A stretch of DNA of 63,645 nucleotides from an uncultured Deinococcales bacterium (lineage in GTDB: Bacteria > Deinococcota > Deinococci > Deinococcales > JAAFIG01). The position numbers were made by a program, and so were the translations under genes. The notes under the pieces were generated by a model, which saw only the letters and a list, made by a program, of their open reading frames with translations, ran no database searches and had not been told where the DNA came from. The stretch lies in contig CAXTTL010000005.1 of assembly GCA_964247135.1 (NCBI GenBank), forward strand, positions 1 through 63,645, written 5' to 3'. Shown here one piece after another: positions 38,046 to 48,151 of the stretch. Each line of letters opens with the position of its first letter. Within the stretch, counting starts at the first letter, position 1.

Positions 38046-38531
38046 TTAGGGCAACCAATTTTTTTGAATTTGTCGCGCCGCCTCATAAGCGGCAATGCCA
38101 ACACTGACCGACAAATTCAGGCTGTGAAAACGGTGGTCGTCTCGGGGTTTGAGTTCCGCCCCCGGCATGGGAATGTTGAGGGACGGGTGAGCATTCAGAA
38201 TCTCGAGCGGCAAACCGTCGGATTCGCGTCCGAAAACCAGATAATCGTTCTCAAAAAATTCGACTTGGGTGTAAACGCTGGTTCCTTTATCGGAAAACAA
38301 CCAGATTCGCGGCTCGCTCGAAAGTGACGCCATAAACGCCTCCCAAGATTCGTGCTCGAGCATCTGCGAATCCTCGAGATAGCCCATGCTGGCGCGACGG
38401 GCATTTTTGCCAATGCTGTCAAAACCATAAGGTTTCACCAGATGCAATTTGGCGGTCAGCATGGCGCAGGTGCGGGCGATTGCGCCGGTGTTGTGCGGAT
38501 TTTCGGGACGATACAAAACAACATTGAGCAT
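38046..38531 (-). CDS. trmL: tRNA (cytidine/uridine-34 2'-O)-methyltransferase
   Basis: PENPHNTGAIARTC, VFGRESDGL, SLNLSVSV..YEA. Confidence 0.88.
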   Translation of the reverse strand: MLNVVLYRPENPHNTGAIARTCAMLTAKLHLVKPYGFDSIGKNARRASMGYLEDSQMLEHESWEAFMASLSSEPRIWLFSDKGTSVYTQVEFFENDYLVFGRESDGLPLEILNAHPSLNIPMPGAELKPRDDHRFHSLNLSVSVGIAAYEAARQIQKNWLP

Positions 38532-38584
38532 TGTTCTCGAGTTTGACACGTGTCAGCGAACTTGAACAGCGTTAGACTGAAACC

Positions 38585-39322
38585 ATGCGCTTGAAAATAC
38601 TGATTTTGATCTTGTTCGCAAGTCTTATGGTGGCTCGAGCGGCTTGGTCTGGCGCGTACTCGAGCGGCTACGAACCACTACCGAACGCCAAACTATTTCC
38701 AGTCCGAAGCTGTGAACCCGAGCAGCAAGATTCAAAGCGCCAAGAGTATGTGTGTCATTCCAAGAACCATCTCTCGAGGATAATTTTGCACAATTCAGAA
38801 CAGACAGCAACAGCAGAACTCGAGATTTTGAGGAACGACCGTTTGAAAACCCGATTTCGCTTGAGTTACGTGCATTGGTTGGATTACGCGCTCGAGGGTG
38901 ATTTAAACCGTGATGGACTGCCAGATTATGTGCTGGTCGATCCAGGTGGAGGGAATGGCTTGGCGAGCGAGTATTGCGATGCGATTTTTGTGCACTCGGC
39001 AAAATCTGGTTATGTGGTGACGAAACTGAACACGATGGGTTTTGATCCCAAAGACTTATTGCAACTTGGCTCAGGGCAAGCAAACGTGGTTCACACGTGG
39101 TTTATCAGCGCCGAAGAACCATCTCGAGATGGCAAGTACCACAGTTTTTGGGTGTATCACTTTTTGAAAGTACGTGGCACAAAACTGGTGTTTGATGCCG
39201 CACGACAACCAATCTGGATTCAGTACACCCGCAAACACAACCACACACCAACACGGCGTCTCTCGAGTGAGCAGAAAAAACGCTGGTGGGACAAACAAAA
39301 AGAGCCAATTTTTGTGCGTTAA
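38585..39322 (+). CDS. Secreted hypothetical protein
   Basis: Signal peptide; GDLNRDGLPD motif; TAGACT 6 nt before the ATG. Confidence 0.7.
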   Translation: MRLKILILILFASLMVARAAWSGAYSSGYEPLPNAKLFPVRSCEPEQQDSKRQEYVCHSKNHLSRIILHNSEQTATAELEILRNDRLKTRFRLSYVHWLDYALEGDLNRDGLPDYVLVDPGGGNGLASEYCDAIFVHSAKSGYVVTKLNTMGFDPKDLLQLGSGQANVVHTWFISAEEPSRDGKYHSFWVYHFLKVRGTKLVFDAARQPIWIQYTRKHNHTPTRRLSSEQKKRWWDKQKEPIFVR

Positions 39323-40146
39323 CCGTACAGGGTTTGCCGCAAACTCGAGCTGAGACTTTCAACCAGCTCAAGTTCCTCAAGGCTCAATTCGGCGGGGGCG
39401 ACATAACCCGTGTGGCTCGAGGCTGAATCTTTAAACGTGTTGACTTTGACATTCAAGACGCTTTTTTGGATGTTGCTTGCGCCCGTAAAAACCGAAATGG
39501 TTTGCAAGCACTGCTCGGAATTGTCAACCAAATCGGCGTAGTTGACCATCAGGACACGCTCGGCATCTTTCAGACCCAGGACAAACTCGAGGTTTTGCGT
39601 CCAAGAAACGCAAAATGCTCGCAATTCCTCGAGTGAACCGAGGTTGCCTCGGGCTTTATCGGATTTGACGCAATCGAGTAGATCACGGTGAATATAAAGC
39701 AATTTGAAAGCCGGCATCATCTGCCGCAAAGCATTCAAAACCGCAGGCGTCCAACCAGGGTATTTAAACCCCCAAACGGGTCGATTCATCTCGAGCGCGG
39801 CTTGGCGGCAGTAATCAATGCCGCCAAAACAGGCGTTGCCAAGCGCAGACAAATAGCCATCCAAGTCGGGCATCAAATCCAGAATCCAATCGTTGACCTC
39901 GCCCTGCTTGAAGCTTTGCAAACTCGAGTCGAGCTTGGCACGGTTGAACTGGTACATCATGGCGCGGTTGATAAAAAAGTTCAGGTACAAATCCAGGTCA
40001 CTCGAGCAGACCTCGCCGTAAACAATGGCGTTGTCGCTCGAGCAGAGCAGGCGTTGCAGCAGGGTTGTGCCCGAACGGGTGGTCGGCGAGGAAATAATAA
40101 TGGGGCTGAGGTTTGAAATGCCTTGTGGCAGTGGACTTGGTTGCAT
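39319..40146 (-). CDS. Sulfotransferase family protein
   Basis: PAPS-binding RSGTTLLQR, WGFKYP, IHRD, YADLV. Confidence 0.8.
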   Translation of the reverse strand: MQPSPLPQGISNLSPIIISSPTTRSGTTLLQRLLCSSDNAIVYGEVCSSDLDLYLNFFINRAMMYQFNRAKLDSSLQSFKQGEVNDWILDLMPDLDGYLSALGNACFGGIDYCRQAALEMNRPVWGFKYPGWTPAVLNALRQMMPAFKLLYIHRDLLDCVKSDKARGNLGSLEELRAFCVSWTQNLEFVLGLKDAERVLMVNYADLVDNSEQCLQTISVFTGASNIQKSVLNVKVNTFKDSASSHTGYVAPAELSLEELELVESLSSSLRQTLYG

Positions 40147-40228
40147 GTTGACCTTTCAAAATAAGCTGGGTTCAACCCAGTCTACTTTGTTGGAGGGACT
40201 CGGGCTTTCCTGGGTTTCTCGAGCAATC

Positions 40229-40627
40229 TCAAACCGCATTCTTGTTTTCGCACTGCGCACAAGACCCGTACAGGGTCAAATGATGATCCGCCACGCGAAA
40301 ACCGCCAGGCAAGACGCTGCCCGCAGGAATGCCAACCGGACACGTCTCGAGTTCAAAGACTTTATGGCAGGTCTGGCAGACAAAATGATGGTGATGGTGA
40401 TGGCGCGTGCCTGGTTCAAAACGCGCTTCCTCGCCAGGTAAATTCACCTCGAGCACCTGAGCACCCTCTTTGAGCATTGCCAGGGTGCGGTAGACCGTGG
40501 CGAGTCCCAAACCAGGAATTTCTGTGCGGGAACGCTCGAGAATCTCAGCTACGCCCAGCGGTCCTTTTGCCTGTTGAATCACCTCGAGAATCGTTTCGCG
40601 TTGTCTGGTGTTGCGCCGTGCGTTCAT
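40229..40627 (-). CDS. Fur-family transcriptional regulator
   Basis: TRQR, GLATVYRTL, HHHHHHFVCQTC, C-terminal CAQC. Confidence 0.92.
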   Translation of the reverse strand: MNARRNTRQRETILEVIQQAKGPLGVAEILERSRTEIPGLGLATVYRTLAMLKEGAQVLEVNLPGEEARFEPGTRHHHHHHFVCQTCHKVFELETCPVGIPAGSVLPGGFRVADHHLTLYGSCAQCENKNAV

Positions 40628-40690
40628 GGGCTTAGCTTACGTCAAGAAAATTAAATTCTCGAGTTTGGGAAAAGCGCACGCACTTCAACT

Positions 40691-42547
40691 TCAAGGCAAC
40701 ACCGCCGTCACCCGGGTTCCAGCCCCGACACTCGAGCGAAACTCGAACATGCCGCCCCGAGCTTGCAGGCGTTCGCGCATTTGTTGCAAGCCCAAACCGC
40801 CGACGCTCGAGACAACTCCGGTTAAGGCTTGCGGGTCAAAACCCGTGCCGTCATCGCTGATGCTCAGGCGTGTGCCGCTCGAGTCCACGCGCAAACTCAC
40901 ATTCACGGTTTTGGCTTTGGAATGCTTGGCGACGTTGTTCAGCGCCTCTTGCAAAATGCGGAACATCACGGCTTCGTTGGTCGGTGAAAGTTGCGGTTCG
41001 CCCAGAATCTCGAGCGTGGCATTGATGCTGTTCTGCTCGCCAAAATCTTTGACGTAACCTTTGATGGTCTCCAGAAACCCGAGCCGCTCGAGGTCGATGG
41101 GGCGCAGCGCAAAAATGCTGCGCCTGACCTCTTTGATTTGTTCGCGCAGGGTGTTTTTGGCGGTTTCGAGTTCGATTCGCACACGTTCGGGGTCACGTTC
41201 GAGCAACCGGCTCGAGAGGTCGAGTTTCATGGCGGTGAACGCCAGGGATTGCGCGATGCCATCGTGAATCTCGCGGGCGATGCGGTTGCGTTCGTCAAAG
41301 ATCGCCAGTTCTTCGGAGTACAAGTACGCTTTGGCGTTGCGTACCGCCAAGGTCACCTGATTGGCGAGCAAACCCAATAGCGGTAATTCTCGAGCGTCAA
41401 AGGCGTTGGCTTTGTCGTGCCCCAGCACGATCACGCCGACCAGTTCGGAATCCGCCAGCAGCGGCAAGCCAATCGCGGCTTTGGAATGGGTCAGCACGCT
41501 GTCTTCAAGGTCAAACATTTCACTGTGCTCGAGGTCGCCCACCAGCAAGCTCGAGCGTGCCACGCTGACCGCCTGCGCCAACTTGCCAACCACGTAGCCA
41601 TGCTCGAAGCCTGCCCTGACGACATTCCCCGCAGAGTCGCGCCCCCACGCCAAAGTCAGGTGGTTCTCGTCGTCGGTCAGGTAAACCGCCGTGGCTTGGG
41701 CGTTCACACGGTCCCTGATGCGCACCAAGACCGCCTCGAGCAGACGCTCGAGGTTCGATTCGGCACGAATGCTGCGGTCCACCTCAAACAGCGTTAAAAG
41801 GTCGCGGGTGCGGGCTTGGGCGGCTTCGATGGCGACCGAGAGTTCACCGACCAGAATCTCGAGCAATTCTTTGGATTCGGCGCTCGGCATTCCAGCAAAG
41901 TACAAATGCGTTGCGCCCAGAAAACGCTCGCCCCAACGCAGCGGCAAGCTTAACCTGTTGGTCGCGCCAGTCCAGCCTGAAGGGCGCTCGAGCGTGTCCC
42001 AACTGTTGCGCAAGGGTTCGAGGTCATTGACTTCACTCGGCAAGGGTTCTAGCCCGACTGAACGCACCACACCACCCTCCAGCATGATCGCGCCCGCGCT
42101 CGCACCCACGGCACTCACCAAACCCTGAATGGCTGCCTCGAGCACGGCGCCAATGTCTTGCGCCTCGGAAACGCTGCGCGTGACTTTTTGAATCTCGGCG
42201 AGCCGGCGGTGCGACTCTGAAAGCTCGAGGTACAAATCGCGCAAATCCTCTTCGGCACGTTCACGCACCTGCACTTCAGAACTGATCCAACCGATTGAAA
42301 AAAACGTCGCCAGCGGACCCAGAATGCCGTAAAACAACATCTCGAGCCAGAAGGTTTTGCGCGTCGGGTCGAGGCGCACGATCAGCATTTGATAACCGAT
42401 CACGACCAAAATAATCAGTATCGGCAAAAACGCTTGCAACAACCGTACCCGCCTGTACAACGCGCCAGGTTCGGCGTTTGGACGCAGCATGTTCACCCCG
42501 CGCCTGATCACCTCGAGCGGCGAAAAACTGCGGCGGCTGGGGGTCAT
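40691..42547 (-). CDS. GAF-domain sensor histidine kinase (HisKA_3/NarX type)
   Basis: ERNRIAREIHDGIAQ, QEALNNVAKH, DDGTGF, GLGL. ATGA overlap with the upstream methyltransferase. Confidence 0.9.
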   Translation of the reverse strand: MTPSRRSFSPLEVIRRGVNMLRPNAEPGALYRRVRLLQAFLPILIILVVIGYQMLIVRLDPTRKTFWLEMLFYGILGPLATFFSIGWISSEVQVRERAEEDLRDLYLELSESHRRLAEIQKVTRSVSEAQDIGAVLEAAIQGLVSAVGASAGAIMLEGGVVRSVGLEPLPSEVNDLEPLRNSWDTLERPSGWTGATNRLSLPLRWGERFLGATHLYFAGMPSAESKELLEILVGELSVAIEAAQARTRDLLTLFEVDRSIRAESNLERLLEAVLVRIRDRVNAQATAVYLTDDENHLTLAWGRDSAGNVVRAGFEHGYVVGKLAQAVSVARSSLLVGDLEHSEMFDLEDSVLTHSKAAIGLPLLADSELVGVIVLGHDKANAFDARELPLLGLLANQVTLAVRNAKAYLYSEELAIFDERNRIAREIHDGIAQSLAFTAMKLDLSSRLLERDPERVRIELETAKNTLREQIKEVRRSIFALRPIDLERLGFLETIKGYVKDFGEQNSINATLEILGEPQLSPTNEAVMFRILQEALNNVAKHSKAKTVNVSLRVDSSGTRLSISDDGTGFDPQALTGVVSSVGGLGLQQMRERLQARGGMFEFRSSVGAGTRVTAVLP

Positions 42548-43338
42548 TCGGTTTCCCCAGTTATTTCCTCTGAAACCCTGGGGTACGGCACCGTGCCAGG
42601 AATCCCCAAGCCCCTGGCTTTGCGCGAAGCCCACAAGCCCTGCGAGAGCAACCCCCGCACGAATGACACGTCATGCTTGGTCAACTCGGCACGGTCGAGC
42701 ATCATGCGAAAACGCCGCAAGGTGTGCGCTTGACGGTCGCTGTCCGTATAGCCAACCTCGAGCATAAACTCGAGCAGGTGCGCGTACATTCCCTCGAGCG
42801 TGGCGCGGTTGGCGGGTTCGTTCTGAAATGGTTTGGGCATCGGCTCGAGGTTGGTGCGCCCCAGCATCAGCTCGTAGACGATCACCTGAACCGCCTGCGC
42901 CAGGTTCATGCTGACGTAATCGGCATCGGTCGGAATGCGAATATGGACGTGGCAAAGATCGAGTTCTTCGTTGAACAAGCCGTGCTCCTCGCGTCCAAAA
43001 ACCACCGCGCTCGAGAAAGACCCCGCAAACCTCGGGGCGGCTTCGCGGGGCGTGATCGGCAAGCTGTGGTCGCGCCGCACCCGTGCGGTGGTCGCCGCGA
43101 TCAAATCACAATCCGCCACCGCCTCGAGGAGCGATTCAAAAATACCCGCATTCTCGATCACATCCACCGCATGAACCGCCATCATGTGCGCCTGTTCGAG
43201 GTTGCAACGCGGTTGGACAATGCGCAAATCGGTCAAACCAAAATTTTTCATGGCTCGAGCCACGCTGCCGACATTGTCAGGACCTTTGGGGCTGACCAGG
43301 ACGATGGCGGGTTTGGGATGGGCAGACGCTGGATTCAC
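42544..43338 (-). CDS. TrmJ/LasT SPOUT RNA methyltransferase
   Basis: NVGSVARAMKNFG, FGREEHGL, SMNLAQAV. Confidence 0.88.
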   Translation of the reverse strand: MNPASAHPKPAIVLVSPKGPDNVGSVARAMKNFGLTDLRIVQPRCNLEQAHMMAVHAVDVIENAGIFESLLEAVADCDLIAATTARVRRDHSLPITPREAAPRFAGSFSSAVVFGREEHGLFNEELDLCHVHIRIPTDADYVSMNLAQAVQVIVYELMLGRTNLEPMPKPFQNEPANRATLEGMYAHLLEFMLEVGYTDSDRQAHTLRRFRMMLDRAELTKHDVSFVRGLLSQGLWASRKARGLGIPGTVPYPRVSEEITGETE

Positions 43339-43392
43339 GGCTTTAGTTTACCGTTTGGAAAGCGTCAGGATTGTAGGACAAGAAGCTCGAGA

Positions 43393-43809
43393 TTATGACT
43401 CGAGCAACAATGCCCGAAAACCAGCTTGAACGAAATGACCATCCGCTGTTAGTGCTTCGTATAATCCACGTTGTTGCATGACCACAAACGAAATGCAATC
43501 CACCAAACCCCATTCTTTGTCAGAACGTTGCTGAAACAAACCAAAAGCGGCTTGGTAATCTTGCAAATTCAGTTCAATAATTTCAACCAACGGGTCAACC
43601 TCGAGCGCGTTCAACAAAGCAATTGCTGCCTGCCGGTAACGTGCCTTTGATAAAGAATTTCCGATTTCGAGCATCACGGCTCGAGTCACAATCAAACGCG
43701 TTTTGTCGTTGCGAAGTTGTTGCGCCAATGCCAAGGCTCGAGGGTGCAACTGATCCGAAACCACCGCCAGCGAAATGGCGTAAGACGTATCCAAAAACAC
43801 TTCAATCAT
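43393..43809 (-). CDS. vapC: VapC/PIN-domain toxin
   Basis: FLDTS, VDCISFVVM, LTADGHF. Confidence 0.9.
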   Translation of the reverse strand: MIEVFLDTSYAISLAVVSDQLHPRALALAQQLRNDKTRLIVTRAVMLEIGNSLSKARYRQAAIALLNALEVDPLVEIIELNLQDYQAAFGLFQQRSDKEWGLVDCISFVVMQQRGLYEALTADGHFVQAGFRALLLES

Positions 43810-44023
43810 GTTTTAGTTCGGCGTTTAAATAATCGTCTACCCGTATAGACCAATCACTTGGACCCTCAAGTTGAAGTTGTTCGGCAACGTCTAAAAAAGA
43901 AGCGCCAGGTTGATCCGAAGGGGTTTGAATGACAAGTTGTACTTTGGTATTGGCAGCCAATTTAACCGTGCCAACTGGACGAAAAACCTCACCATCAAAG
44001 GTCGCTTCGAGAACCTGAGTCAT
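43802..44023 (-). CDS. Antitoxin (AF2212/DUF104-like)
   Basis: EATFDGEVFRP, GPSDWS; overlaps the toxin start. Confidence 0.8.
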   Translation of the reverse strand: MTQVLEATFDGEVFRPVGTVKLAANTKVQLVIQTPSDQPGASFLDVAEQLQLEGPSDWSIRVDDYLNAELKHD

Positions 44024-44074
44024 GCGGTTATGCTAGCACAAGCGCAAATTCCCAATGGTTACACCCAACCCGTT

Positions 44075-44718
44075 TTACAAATCTTCCCACTCGAGTTCCA
44101 ATTCCTGACCTGCTTGTTTCTGATCGCGTCGTTTTTTGAACGCCGCAAAGATTCGCCATTCATCATCAAACCATTTCAAATGCGTCAAAGCACAGTTTTC
44201 TTTGGCAAACGCAACCATCTCACCGATTTGCCCAACCCGAGTCCAGAATCGCTCGAGTCTCCAAAGGTCTTCGGGTGTGCTTTGAGCCGCAACCACATAA
44301 GGAAAAACCTCAGCAAAAGTCGCCTGCATGTACAGCATGGTGATCAGAAAATCAGAGCAATTTGGATGTTCATCAAACCACGTCAACGCGCCCTTTTCAT
44401 CGTAGACACCCTGTTGCACGGCAGGATCGGGTTGTTGAGTGTCCAATTGAATTCCCCAGCAAACCACGCCCTGATTTTCCTCCATGAACACCAAACGATT
44501 TTGATCGACAAATATTCCTCGAGTGACAACAAACGTTGATGGGCTTGATTTAAAGTTCCCTCGAGACCAGCCACCGCGAAGTAAGCACGTAAGGCTTCAG
44601 GTAAACGATACGGAAGTTGCTCGAGTTGTATTTTGGGTACACCATGTTTGGTTTTTAACCCAAATCCAAGCTGCCCAAAAGCAGTTCGATAACGATCTCG
44701 GAAGTCTAAATCTGTCAT
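44075..44718 (-). pseudogene. Frameshifted SMI1/KNR4-like protein
   Basis: The frame RLPEALRAYF..NQAHQRLL continues as LVFMEENQGVVCWGI only after a 1-nt shift near 44510. Confidence 0.65.
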
Positions 44719-44772
44719 ATGCCGTCCTCAGTTCTGCGCGTCACTCGAGCACACTCAAGCTCGAAAAACGGT

Positions 44773-45480
44773 TTAAGCGTGACCGCTGACCAGCCGCGCA
44801 ATCAAAAACGCAAAACCTGCCGCCAAGCCGCCGACCAAAGCGGTTTGCAATGCACCGCGCCAGATCGAGACGCCCGTGAATCTGGCTTTGACCGCCCCAA
44901 AAATCAGCAGCGCGATCAGGGTCACGATCACCGAATACAACAGCGCCTGTTCGACCCGAATCGGAAACACATACGGCGAAAGCGGAATCAACCCGCCAAA
45001 AATATACGAGCCGCCAATGGTTAAGGCGCTGGTCAGGGCGCGTTTTGGGTCGGGTTGCTCGAGTCCGAGTTCTTGGCGCATCATGAAATCCACCCATTTG
45101 TCCTGGTTGTTGGTGACGGCTTTGACCGCCCCCTCGAGCGTATCGCCGCTTAAACCGTAACCCGCAAAAATCTCGCGGATTTCCTCACGTTCTTTTTCGG
45201 GAACTTCTTTGACTTCCTGGACTTCGCGCCTGCGTTCGGACAGGTAATGCTCGAATTCGCTTCTGGCTGCCAGGAAACCACCCAGACCCATCGCAATGCT
45301 GCCCGCCGCCATTTCTGCCACGCCTGCCACCAGCACCAAATTGGTCTGCGCCACCGCGCCCGATAAACCTGCCGCCAGCGCGAACGGTACGGTCAAACCG
45401 TCGCTCATGCCGATCACGATGTCGCCAACAGTTTCTGATCCGGTGAAGTGTTGCTCGAGATGCCGCGTGGTTGGAATCAT
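44773..45480 (-). CDS. VIT1/CCC1 Fe/Mn transporter
   Basis: DIVIGMSDGL, AEMAAGSIAMGLGG, FMMRQELGL. Confidence 0.92.
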   Translation of the reverse strand: MIPTTRHLEQHFTGSETVGDIVIGMSDGLTVPFALAAGLSGAVAQTNLVLVAGVAEMAAGSIAMGLGGFLAARSEFEHYLSERRREVQEVKEVPEKEREEIREIFAGYGLSGDTLEGAVKAVTNNQDKWVDFMMRQELGLEQPDPKRALTSALTIGGSYIFGGLIPLSPYVFPIRVEQALLYSVIVTLIALLIFGAVKARFTGVSIWRGALQTALVGGLAAGFAFLIARLVSGHA

Positions 45481-45996
45481 GTTGAACCCCTTTCAAAATG
45501 TTGATGCGAGATGTCTGGCATCTCCTGTAACGCCCTTTAAACCCGAGGATTTCAAAGACACGAGAATGTGGGCACAACATTTTAGCTTTAAATGGCTGAA
45601 GACATTTACTTTGAATCGGTCAAAAAATGCGATTTTCCTTGATTGGAAAGGCAAAGTGAGAAATGACCAGCGTGACGGACAAGGGCTTGTAACATAATGA
45701 GTGAAGTCAAAAACGAGCCAAGGAAATTGTTGCTCAATGAGAACCAACCTGTCAGTTGCATATCACATCTCTAATTTTCCCATTCAGATTCGGTTCAGGT
45801 TTATATGAGATTGTAACTCTGTTCGCAAAGCAGTTATGGGTTTTGCGAATTCATTCAAGACCGTACTGCTTGCGGTTGCAACTGATCTTCTTGGGGGATA
45901 TCAGCCAGCGCCCAGCACCAAAAAAGGCTTCAAGTGCAAACACTTGAACCGGTTCGCCTATTGCCCAAAATCTGCACGTACCAAGAAACGGACAAA

Positions 45997-47502
45997 ATGA
46001 AATACTTTTTCTTGACATTGATCTTTGTTCTTTCAAGCGGTTTTTGCCGAACACTTGCGCAAACCATCGGCGCACCAACCCTCGGAGAACCCAACTGGGC
46101 GAGCGATCACCTCGAGTTGCCCGTTTACTTTGCCGGCACCGGAGATTTGAGTCTTGCCCTCAGCGATGCGACCTGTCCGGTGCAATTGAGCGCCAAAACC
46201 ATCACCTTGCCTGTGGCGACCGTGATTTTTATTGCGCCCAAAGGACGTTCGGGTTGCTTGTTCAATTTAAATGCCCAGAACGATCAGGGTGACGATGCCA
46301 AATGGAAACTCGAGGTCAGCGCGACGGGCGACACGGGTTTTAGCGTGGTGGTGAACGCCGTCGGCACGCGTGACCCGAGCGCCACGCCAGCCTACGACGG
46401 CAAGGCTTCGGTCGATGTTCACGGCGGTTGGGGCGCGTTGCGGGTGGACGGCACGGTTCGTCTGGACACCACACTTGTTCCCGACGGCAATTTGTTGTTG
46501 CAATACCAAGATTCCAGATTGCAACTCGCCGACGATTCTGGCGCTCGAGATCACCCCGCCGGCGATGTCGGGCGCGGTCTGTATTTTTCGCAAGGGCTGG
46601 GTTTACCGATAGGTCAGTTTAGCCTTGGCGTGGCATTGCCGTTCGGACAGACCGTGCGGGTTGGTGCGGGTTGGCGCGGCGAATACGCCTGTGGGCAAAT
46701 CAGCAGCGACCTCAATTTTAGCGACCCGATCTTTGCCGTTCAGGCGGGCGCATCGGGCGCCCGAGGCAGCCTCAGTTACCGACCCGGCGCAGGAGAAAAA
46801 TGGGGTTTCGGACTCGAGTACCGTAACGCCGACTGGTATTTTAACGCGACCGCCACCGAGGCTCGAGGCTCGGCTAACGTGCGAGGTTTTAGCCTTCTTG
46901 ACGGGCTTGGCTGGGTGCTCGTGAAAGCCAGCGCGGGCTTTGACGGTACGAACTTTACGACCAAAGGACAAGCCGACAGCGAAAATTTTGGCATCCAGTG
47001 GGACTACAACGCCAGCAACCCCAACGTGTACCTCGAGGGTCGGCTTTTTGACCTGGGATTCCTGACCGAATTGCGTTTTGGTACGAGCATCACCTACTCG
47101 AGCACCCCAGGTTACGTGCGGGTCGAAGCGATTTACAACCCCGATGGAGCGCTCGAGATTGCCCTTGGCACCAGCATCAACACCGCCACCATCATCGGCG
47201 TGACTGGACATGTCAGTTACAGCCTGCCACTCGAGGGACGCTTGAGTTTTGGTTTGGGTTTTGACATTCCCGACGTGACCTACCGCAGCAATTACGCCCT
47301 CACGGGCAAGCTCAGTTACGGCACGGGCGGCTTTTTGGTCGCGCTCGAGGTCAATGCCCTGATTTTTAATCCCAGCCAATTCAAAGCCACACTCAGCATC
47401 TCGCAATGGTCATTTATTGGTGTCAACCCACCGACGCCAACCGTGCGATTTGTCGATGCAGGTTACACAGCCCCCATCACCTTCAGTTCCCCTTGCAATT
47501 AG
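45997..47502 (+). CDS. Secreted hypothetical protein, possible outer-membrane beta-barrel
   Basis: Signal peptide; Gly/aromatic-rich alternating beta-strand pattern. Confidence 0.6.
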   Translation: MKYFFLTLIFVLSSGFCRTLAQTIGAPTLGEPNWASDHLELPVYFAGTGDLSLALSDATCPVQLSAKTITLPVATVIFIAPKGRSGCLFNLNAQNDQGDDAKWKLEVSATGDTGFSVVVNAVGTRDPSATPAYDGKASVDVHGGWGALRVDGTVRLDTTLVPDGNLLLQYQDSRLQLADDSGARDHPAGDVGRGLYFSQGLGLPIGQFSLGVALPFGQTVRVGAGWRGEYACGQISSDLNFSDPIFAVQAGASGARGSLSYRPGAGEKWGFGLEYRNADWYFNATATEARGSANVRGFSLLDGLGWVLVKASAGFDGTNFTTKGQADSENFGIQWDYNASNPNVYLEGRLFDLGFLTELRFGTSITYSSTPGYVRVEAIYNPDGALEIALGTSINTATIIGVTGHVSYSLPLEGRLSFGLGFDIPDVTYRSNYALTGKLSYGTGGFLVALEVNALIFNPSQFKATLSISQWSFIGVNPPTPTVRFVDAGYTAPITFSSPCN

Positions 47503-47555
47503 GTACAGGCGTTCGTTCGCAAACTCAAGACTCAAACTCGAGAAGGAGAATCACC

Positions 47556-48092
47556 ATGAAAAAGACAGTCTTTTTGGCAGTATCCCTGATGGTTGGCGTT
47601 GTGTTGGCAGCCCCCGCAGAATTCACCCCAACGGGTGTCATCACCTACGAAGCCGCCGGTCCGATTGGCAAATGGAAAGGCACGAACAAAGCCTTTTCTG
47701 GCAAGTTAACCTATGACCGCGATTCGAGCAAGATTGCTGGCAGCATCTGTGTTGCCACCAAAGCCTGGAACAGTGGCGAGGGCATCCGCGACGGTCACAC
47801 CCGCGACATGTTCGAGGTTGAAAAATTCCCAACCGCCTGCTTTGCGCCCGAATCACTCGAGGGTGATGTCAAAGCCGGAAAAGTCACAATTCTCGGTAAG
47901 TTGACCATGCACGGCGTGACCCAAGAGATTAAATTGATTGGCAGCGCCAAAGACGACGGCGCAAAAGTTTCGTTTACAGGTGCAATTACCCTCAAAGTCA
48001 CCGATTACAAAATGAACCGCCCGAGCATTCTGGGCTTTACCGTTGCCGATGAAGTGCCAGTCACGATCAGTGCCGAAGCCAGCACCAAATAA
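47556..48092 (+). CDS. YceI-family protein
   Basis: RDGH...FEVEKFP, GKLTMHGVT; signal peptide; AAGGAG RBS. Confidence 0.88.
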   Translation: MKKTVFLAVSLMVGVVLAAPAEFTPTGVITYEAAGPIGKWKGTNKAFSGKLTYDRDSSKIAGSICVATKAWNSGEGIRDGHTRDMFEVEKFPTACFAPESLEGDVKAGKVTILGKLTMHGVTQEIKLIGSAKDDGAKVSFTGAITLKVTDYKMNRPSILGFTVADEVPVTISAEASTK

Positions 48093-48118
48093 ACCTCGCG
48101 GAAGCCAGCACCAAATAA
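48075..48118 (+). repeat. 18-bp direct repeat of the yceI 3' end
   Basis: GAAGCCAGCACCAAATAA at 48075 and 48101. Confidence 0.85.
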
Positions 48119-48151
48119 TCCCACCATCTCGAGCCACCCTTTAGGAACCCC

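Noticed and set aside
45493-45947. Small ORFs and a possible Crp/Fnr site between VIT1 and the redox cluster
   Set aside because: No RBS or motif support for the ORFs, and only a half-site (TCACA) match.
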